A DNA stretch of 32,000 bases from Rotaria sordida. Its lineage: Eukaryota. The notes under the pieces were generated by a model that ran no database searches, was not told where the DNA came from, and was given only the letters and a program-made list of their open reading frames with translations. Below are positions 24,425 through 32,000 of the stretch, piece after piece. The position numbers were made by a program, and so were the translations under genes. Numbering within the stretch: the first letter of the stretch is position 1; each line of letters begins with the position of its first letter. The DNA is taken from the NCBI GenBank assembly GCA_905251635.1, contig CAJNOT010000088.1:56086-88085 (forward strand). The letters run 5' to 3'.

Positions 24425-27002
24425 TTATGATTCTGAATTTACTGTTAATGATGCTTGTCGAGCTTCTTCACGTAAACGTCGTTGTTCAAGAACTTTTTTA
24501 CGTGCTTCAATCTCTTTTTCAGCTAATGTTTGATGGACGTCTAAAGAAAAAAAATCGGACAGAGAAGTTAGTTTTTATTTTACATAATTCACTGTTTGAT
24601 GATCATCATAGCAAATGTTAAAAAAAAATTTCTCGTCAGTTTATTTACTACAGTATTATGAGAAGTGGCACTAGCAATACTATTCAATTAAAATTAGTGA
24701 CTAGAATTTTTCACAAGATGACAATCTGTGTTTCTATTATTGAGAAGGACGAAACGTAAGACATGTTTGACTAAGAATAAATGGATTACATAAAACATGT
24801 ATTAACTTACTGACGAGGAAAGTAATTTCAAATTTAGCGATGCAACGGCAAAGACAGTGAACACATGAGTTTTATAAAACATGACTAAACCATGAGAACT
24901 AACGAGGGCATCTCGCCAGGTGTCAAATCAGTTTTCGACCGAAATGAAGTTCGTTTGATGAGTAATAGAAAAATCTAGAATGGTTTTCTTTTTTAGACCT
25001 TCGTTCTCAAGATATTGAAATTTTACTGAGTTTTCCAACAGAAAGCTGCGATGCCTCTTAGGTCATGTGGAATTTTCGACTTCAAACTTTTCATGAAGAA
25101 AGTTCTCAATGAGATTAGTTCATTGGACAAGTTGTAACTTTTCTACTATCTCTTATCCTAATATATTCAATATTCGAAATTCTCTCATGTGTAGAAGCAC
25201 ATTTTGTTCACATATTTACATCTCCAGAAAGAAAATACTAGTGGCATAATGAACTAATCTCATTAAGAACTTTGTTCATGCAAAGTTTGACGTCGAAAGT
25301 CGATTTTTCATGTGACCTGAAGGGAACCAGAGGTTTTGTTGAAAAGCCTAGTAAAATTTCCATGTGGCGAGTACGAAGGTTCAGAAAGTCAAAACATCCT
25401 ATTACTCTCTAGAAATCATCAAATGAATATTGTCTCGATCGAAAAGCGATTTGAAATCTTGAATGATTTTCTTGTAAATCTGTGTCGAACGAGAAAATCG
25501 AACTCGAAAATTTCGATAAACTTTCTATGGATTCAAATTCCTGTATCCCGAAAACCTCTAGCCTATTTTTAGAAAATCTGACTATTTTCGTGAAATGAAC
25601 TCTGTGGTCGAAAAAATCGAAATCAATCTAAGACCATCATAGTTTAACCATATGCACACTGTCTTCACCGTATAGTATATACGTAAGGTGGGGGTGAAAA
25701 AAGTTTAACAGCAATATATTTCTGATTTTTGTTTTTCTAAAATATTAAGCAGCTAGCTCAAATCCAGATAGTGATTTTCATAGCCAAGTGAGTTTTCTAT
25801 CTAGTGTATTCTATACCAAGGTTTCTAGAAAACCAAAAACGGAAATTTTCATATGTCGAAGTTATTTCTTAATAATACCATTTTGAAGAAAACAAAATGA
25901 CGGGTCGTCGCATTTTTTACGATGTTCTCTGACAAACTTATAAATATCACGAAGCGAAATTTACCATAGAATTGCTAAAAAAACGCATTTTTCATTTTTT
26001 CGATATTAATAACTTGTTAAGGAGAGGCTGTAGGAAATGCAGCAATCCCTCATTTTGTTCTCTTTAAAATGATATTGCTAAAAAAATAGCTTCGATACTT
26101 CAACATGAGTGCATCTGGATTTTTAGAAACCTGGCATTTATAATGCATCTATAAAATGCGTTGAATAGAAAAGTACATTAGCATATCAAAATCACTATAT
26201 GTCTTTTAGCTAAATGCTTAATATCATAGAAAAAAATATCCAAAAAATATGTTGTGGTTAAACATTTTTCCACCACATTACATCTGTAAATCAGTGCAAT
26301 GCTTTACGTAAAACCGGTGCATTGTCATCGTTGCATTTTTAAAAACAACCAATAGCGAACTTTCTTATTGGGTTCCTTCATCCAACATTCTTTATTTTGT
26401 ATCTTTTCAATTGTAAAAACAGCAGCTGTTTCACTAGTCCCAACAGATATCCTTCAAATTTACACAGAATCTTCTCCTCTGGAATGAAATACAGTTCTCA
26501 TACAACACAGGAAGACTTCAAATTCCTGATATCATATCAGCTAATGTTTCTGAATAATTACACACATAATTCCTTTGAAATAATTACTAAAGAAAAAAAA
26601 AACCAAGCATTCAACTAATATTCTAAATCAAATCTATGACATTTGACATAATCATGTCTATTGATTGAATCAAAATAGCTTTCTAATTAAGAATTTTCTA
26701 TTAAAAACAATGAACTATATGAATTTATTTAATTTCTTACCAATTTGTTCTTTTTCACCGGTATTTAAATTCCACTTGGTAATATATCTACTCCCTGTTA
26801 ATTTTGCAACTTGTACACTATGTGGAATACCTGTTTCTTTCGCCGATTTATCAGCTCTATTGGCAATAAAATAACCTGCGTATCCCCAAACAATAAAAAA
26901 TGCAATCGTATTAACAATACCACGAACTTTTTGTAACTCTTTAAAATTGTTTCGTTTAAAATAAGTAAACTGTTTACGCCACTCGTGTAATGACAAACGC
27001 AT
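24425..27002 (-). CDS. Small single-TM protein, about 125 aa, 2 exons (26741-27002; 24425-24540)
   Basis: Exon 1 encodes MRLSLHEWRKQFTYFKRNNFKELQKVRGIVNTIAFFIVWGYAGYFIANRADKSAKETGIPHSVQVAKLTGSRYITKWNLNTGEKEQI and ends at a consensus donor ATTG|GTAAGAAA. The only good downstream exon before TTI1 is cttTAG|ACGTCCATCAAAC..., encoding DVHQTLAEKEIEARKKVLEQRRLREEARQASLTVNSES*. Phases match (1+2). The link across the long intron is inferred. Confidence 0.55.
24847..25670. repeat. Large imperfect inverted repeat inside the 2.2-kb intron of the small-TM-protein gene
   Basis: Core arms are about 24952-25124 and 25248-25428. 'AAGTTCTCAATGAGATTAGTTCATT' and 'GACCTTCG...GAAATTTTACT.AG.TTTTC.AACA...GGTCA.ATG' recur as the reverse complement. 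An outer pair is 'cggcaaagacagtg' (24846) and 'cactgtcttcaccg' (25657-25670). Confidence 0.75.
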
Positions 27003-27275
27003 TTAGTCTGAAAACAAAACTGATGATGCAATAATCGATAAGAGGAGAAAAAAAAACAAGAAAAACCACGCACACACACAGTTTTATATTTTTTAAATAT
27101 TTCATAATTTTTCAGTAAAAGATATTTTTAAATCATGTCAAAAAAGAATGAAAGCATCTACACGCACAGATCACTGTCGTTTGTCCAAAAAGAAGAAGAA
27201 GAAGAAAAAAAAATAAAGAATAAGATGTGCACATCACCGAGTTTTTTTTTTTGTAAGAAGAGCATCTGACATTTT

Positions 27276-30200
27276 TTATGATTGCACATTTATTATTGAA
27301 TTCGATTGTGTTGTTGGTTCAATATCAGTTGTTGTTGTTGATAAAAAGAATATGTTTTGAAAAAATTCATCAAGATTATCTGTTCGATTTTGATATTTTT
27401 CAATTATTTTTGTTATTCGAGTTTTTCGTAATGAATAAGCAGTTTGAGAACTATAACAAAAAAAGAAAATAAGGAAATTGTTTTGTTTTTTTATTTAGAA
27501 AACAAAAAAAAAAAAACAAGAACAAACCTTTGACTATCTTCTAAACGTTTTCGACGACTTAAATTATGTACAGCTTGTCGAAGAAAAAATGATAAAATAT
27601 AACGAGGTAGAACCATTCCATCAATTAATGGAATACTAGCACATGCTGATTGCATTCTAAATGTAAGAAAAAGAAAAAAAAAACTTGTCCACTGTTATTT
27701 ATAGATAAATTTTATATTTACCGTTGAGCACTTGAATTGAGTGAAATACGAAATAAATGATTTTTTAAAGGATGTATACCAATTATAGAAATATCTCGAT
27801 GTTTTAATGATTGTTCTTGAAATAAAATTATAAAACATTATAAACAACAAATATTAGAAACTGATCATAAAAAGGTCATTTATTGTAAGTTAAGGAGATT
27901 GGGATGTGGATGTGGATTTGAATAGTATCTTCACACGTCGACGTTCACACTAGAGCCCGTTGGGTCCAAAGTTTTCGAATCCGAACCCAACAGAATTCGG
28001 ATCGTAGGCTAACTCGATGAGCTCTAATGAGAGGATATCTTTCGAGATTTGATTTGGGGAAATTTTAGCTATTCAAAATCCTATCTTATTCAACATTTTG
28101 TATTTCGAGCTTTTTGCAGTAATTCTTACAAGGAAAGAATAATAAATGTATATATCATCTTATGAGAGAACATATTAAGCTGTTAACGGCCGATTGGAGC
28201 AATGCTTTGCTCACAAGTAGGACTTTGATTCTGAGTGTTTTCTGAAAGTTTAAATCGAAACAAATGGTTCCTTCTCGAAATATTAAATATTCAAAGAAAG
28301 CAATCCTATGCTACAAAGAAAGTCATCGAGTTAATTTGTCTTCAGCATCCAATATGTCGAGAAGGAATCATCTGCTTTGACTGAAACTTTCAGGAAATAC
28401 TTAGGATCAAAGGTCCTATTATTGAATAAAAATTTCTTCTTTTTGATTTTTCTGTGAATACTTTTCTACAAAATGAAAATTCAATAAAACGGTCACAATT
28501 CCATAAGGAAGATCTATGAGGAGAAATCCTTTCCAACTTTTCTGATCTCACTGATGCCTACTCAAAAGTCAAATATTACTCCCATCGATGATTAACAATT
28601 GGATATGTTTTCTCGTTACTGTGTTTTATATGCAAAGTGCTGTAAGTATAAGACCTTTTAATGTCTTTGCATTTGAAAAAGATCGATTCAAAATTTGAAA
28701 TATTTATTTAATCTGTAAATTTTAACATTCGAAAACAAAAATATACAAACCTGGTAGAATCGAATCTAGATCATCACGAAATTCTTCTAACCAAACAATT
28801 AATATTCGCATTTCTGAACTTTGATTATCCACTATAATTTCGAAAAAAAAACAAACACATAAGCAAGATTAATGAAAAAAAACAAACAAACTATTTACTA
28901 GAAAAATGATGCGGTAAATAAAAAGCCATTTCTGTTGTTAAATTCATCCAATATAAAATACTATCATGACCATTAATTTCAGCAAGTGTTTTCGTCTTTG
29001 AATTCGTACCTAATTAAAAACAAAGATTATTTTATAGAATTTCATTGTTTTTTTTTTTTTTTATTAATTACTTGATTGAGTCAAAGGAACTGTTTTCCAA
29101 CTTGTTTCTGGATTTCCTGTCCAACCACAATGACGTTTAACTTCAACAACAGAACCAAATTGTGAAACCATTTTTAAAAAATCTGGATTTAATTGTTCTA
29201 AGATTTTCTAACAAACAAAAATACACTTTTTTATTTAATAATAACAATCTCTAATCGATTTATTTTAATACCAAATTTGAAAATGATTCTAAAAGTGTAT
29301 GTTGATTTTTTTTTAAATAATAAATTTGTCCTGTACAATAAAGTGTTGGCGATATTTTATCAAGTTTTTTTATATCATCCATAAAATTTTCTGCATTAGA
29401 ATTAAGTAATTGAATTCGTGATTGAAAACGATCAAATGATTTAGAATCATTCTAAAAATTTAATAAATTAAATGTTTTTTTTTAAATAATTAAAACTTAG
29501 TGAATATTATTTGTTTGATTTTTACCCAATGTTTTCCATTCATAAGATAATCCATAGAATCTAATGAACAAAATCCATAATGTGATAAAAATAAACGAAT
29601 ACCTTCAAAATGTTTTTGACGTCTAACGAATTGAAAAACAAAACCAAAATTTCATAAAGAATTTTTGATTAGAGAAAAATAAATTTACTCAGGTGGTTTG
29701 CATTCCGAGAATAATTTTTCATCGGAAACATGAGCACGTTGAATAGCTTGTTCTTCAATAGGAATTTGTTTTACTTTTAATGTACGAAATAAATTTAATT
29801 TTTCTTCATCACGTTTAATAATTGAACTTAATGTTGGAATACTTAATTCACTAAAACAAAAAATACAAAAGATAAAAGAAAAATAAATTTTTTTATTGTG
29901 AAAAAAACATTATTTCTTTTGTTTTTCACAATAAAATCAAGACAAATGTTTAATAATTATTCTTTTTTTTTTTTTGTAAAAGAAAAAAAAGTTACCATCA
30001 CCAAACAATAGAAAAAGCTGAGTGAAATATTATGATTATATTATACTTACGATGAATGATGAAAGCTGAAAGCAAAAAACTCTTTTTTTCTTTATAAGAT
30101 CATATTCATAGATTTATTAGATTTAGCTTAGTATTATTACCAACCTGCTATGACGAGAAGCATCACTGAAATATTTTTTCTCAGAGATACAGGAAATTTA

Positions 30201-31657
30201 TTTGTAAATTTACCTTTTTGTTCGTTCATTTTTTGTTCCGTGTGTTGTAAGAATTTTATCTTTTGAATCAATATTGACGTTGCTGGTTCGTGGTGAAGGA
30301 TTTTTACCATTTTCATTTGTTATTCGTTCATTTGACTTCAATAAAAAAAAAGAATTTGTTTTTTTCCAACGAAAAAAAGAAACAGAGATTACATACTTTA
30401 TGTGATTGTATTGGTGGATTTGATAAAGGATTATGACGAAAATTTAATGTCCAAACATTTTTGCCGTATAATCCACGACAAAGAAGAATAATTGCTGGCA
30501 TTCCTAAATAAGAAAACAAACAAAAAAAATTAAAAGGTTCATTCAGAAAATCGAAATATTTTCTGAAGAATCACAAAAATAGATGCATATGTAACTAGCA
30601 ACTATTATAGATCAATCTTCGTTCTTGAGATTTTTAATTATTCTAGTATCAAACAACGTTTGATTTCATATTATGACCGTCTTAATAGAACTTTTACTGA
30701 GAATAAGACTTTTCCGAAAAACCTAGAACAAATAACTCTGATCTGATGTTTCGTCTATAAGTAGATTTAATAATCCTTAGATAACCTTGAAAATTTAGAT
30801 CAAAATGAACATGTCTTTCTTGTGATATTCAATTTTCAAGGAGACTTGATCACTGTATCTTTCTATAGTAAACTGATGTCTCTTTGGAAAATTTCAATAT
30901 TTCAAGAAACACATATTTGTTTTCGTTAAAACCTTCGAGAGACTATCTAATGATTATTAATTGTGCATGAGGTGAAAACTGTTTGTTTTTCGCCTTTTCT
31001 GAAATGTCCTGCTTTCACAAGGGAAGCACCTGACCTGCTTAATTGCTTTTAAGCCGAGGCTATGTGCATCATATAGATTCTATTGAGCTATGAATACATT
31101 GAAAAGAGTTCGGATCCTTAGCTTATTATTGCCGAGACACTGCATCTTTGCGGTATTTTTTTTAGTTAACGGTGCAATCTCGATCAGGAACACTAGAAAC
31201 ACTAATTTTCGAATTTCAACTTAAAACTTGAACCAAATTCCGATTTCTTCGTTAGCCCTATCAAACAATCATCGAATTTTTTTTATCAATTTAGATCGAT
31301 TATTATTTCTTTTCTGTCATATACATATACATTAAAAAGAAAATACAATTTTGTTTTGTACACTTGCATCAAAATCTTTTTCTTTTGATTTTCAATGGTT
31401 TACAAATATTCATCAAAAATATTCTCAATAATTTGAAAATTTCTCAATGAACATAGAAAATAGTGTCTAGTTTTTATTTTTGAAAGAAAATCCAAAGAAA
31501 ACAAACCATTATTAACATTGCTTGGTAATTCATTCATAGCAAATAAAGTATTTCCATTAATTGCAAAATATTTAAATGATGACGAAGTCATTATATTTTC
31601 AAATGTTGATTCATCTAACCAATTTCGATATATATCATTTTTTAAATGTAATACCGC
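27276..31657 (-). CDS. RALGAPB: Ral GTPase-activating protein subunit beta (RALGAPB) homolog, C-terminal 14 exons (gene continues to the right)
   Basis: Exons 31507-31657, 30397-30503, 30214-30335, 30144-30164, 30051-30065, 29689-29850, 29526-29622, 29272-29451, 29072-29207, 28899-29009, 28751-28831, 27722-27815, 27528-27656 and 27276-27450 total 1581 nt, with all phases consistent. Matches include FKYFAINGNTLFAM/RYFVLDNSVILAM, ELSIPTLSSI/DLSIPDLHEI, ECKPPE..FEGIRLFLSHYGF/DCKPP..FQTARLFLSHFGF, HCGWTG/HPGWTG, IHPLKNHLFRI/IHPLNTGLFRI, IPLIDGMVLPR/IPLVDGMIVSR and RRKRLE. Confidence 0.92.
28216..28418. repeat. Imperfect inverted repeat in the 935-nt RALGAPB intron
   Basis: Left arm 28216-28283 'aagtaggactttgattctgagtgttttctgaaagtttaaatcgaaacaaatggttccttctcgaaatatt' matches the reverse complement of 28351-28418 'aataggacctttgatcctaagtatttcctgaaagtttcagtcaaagcagatgattccttctcgacatatt'. 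Confidence 0.8.
31062..31230. repeat. Dispersed repeat copy in a RALGAPB intron, antiparallel to 5341-5484
   Basis: 31084-31122 is the reverse complement of 5424-5462 with 37/39 identity (gctaagRatccgaactcttttcaaYgtattcatagctca). Weaker similarity extends on both sides. Confidence 0.8.
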
Positions 31658-32000
31658 CTAAATAAATCAAATATTCATCATTTTAATCATCAAAAATGAT
31701 ATTTATATAGAAAAAAAGAAAAAGTTTAATCAATAGATGTTATTTTTTTGTTGTGTTCTTAATTTGTAAAATCAAACGTGAAATAAAAGCAGCAATTTTT
31801 GTAAAAACCTCGCCATTTGATATATCACCAACAATATTCCTATGTACATATGTTCCGAAAAAATATTTCTTATTCGATCTATATTCTATTAAAAGTTTCT
31901 TTTCTTCAAAAACTTACAGATTCTTATTTATGTATTTATATATCGAAAAACAAAAAAACTTACTTTATGTTCAAAAAGAACGAACATTAAATATTCTGCA

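Noticed and set aside
24397-24621. Plus-strand ORF 74 aa
   Set aside because: It is antisense to the TTI1 start and the terminal exon of the upstream gene. Its hydrophobic composition reflects the complement of a charged coding exon.
26715-26740. The C-terminal GKKLNKFI end of ORF 26715..27002
   Set aside because: Most likely intronic read-through, because a consensus GTAAG donor sits just before it and a phase-matched terminal exon exists downstream.
31772-31840. Possible additional RALGAPB exon (minus: GNIVGDISNGE...)
   Set aside because: There is an acceptor-like TACATAG and an open frame (NIVGDISNGEVFTKIAAFISRLILQI), but the donor and reading-frame link to exon 31507-31657 are ambiguous, so it is not listed as a feature.
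1-32000. CRISPR arrays, tRNA/rRNA genes, bacterial operons, toxin-antitoxin or phage-defence systems
   Set aside because: No regularly spaced direct repeats, no tRNA-like A/B boxes or cloverleaf, and no ribosomal RNA signatures seen. The spliced metazoan genes make this a eukaryotic nuclear region.
1-32000. Subtelomeric location suggested by repeats
   Set aside because: No telomere-like tandem arrays (such as TGTGGG or TTAGGG repeats) were seen. Most of the window is an ordinary gene-bearing region.

Overview
The window is AT-rich and looks like an animal nuclear genome: compact genes, short GT-AG introns of about 48-80 nt, and metazoan-type proteins. The style resembles a bdelloid rotifer, but I infer that rather than prove it. 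Exons spliced by hand, with phase checked at every junction, support these genes. (1) A truncated unknown gene, 1-895 (-). (2) An orphan 384-aa protein, 2391-3607 (+). (3) A PRCC homolog in 5 exons, 5749-7629 (-). (4) Mitochondrial ribosomal protein bS16m/MRPS16, 7718-8442 (-). (5) A secreted cystatin-like protein, 10620-10967 (-). (6) A 99-aa Ser/Gly-rich ORF, 13639-13938 (-). (7) A Ly6/three-finger, probably GPI-anchored protein in 3 small exons, 17021-17534 (+), missing from the ORF track. (8) A TTI1 homolog in 3 exons, 19095-24406 (-). (9) A small single-TM protein in 2 exons split by a 2.2-kb intron, 24425-27002 (-), ending 18 nt upstream of the TTI1 ATG. (10) The C-terminal 527 codons of a RALGAPB homolog in 14 exons, 27276-31657 (-), continuing off the right edge. 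The most unusual non-coding structure is a 628-bp near-palindrome at 9902-10529. Its outer 206 bp arms are identical, its inner arms are diverged, and it is flanked by TTA direct repeats. Several other diverged foldback repeats occur, many inside the few long introns, including one family present both at about 5.0-5.5 kb and in a RALGAPB intron. I found no convincing autonomous transposon, CRISPR, tRNA, rRNA, or prokaryote-like gene system.
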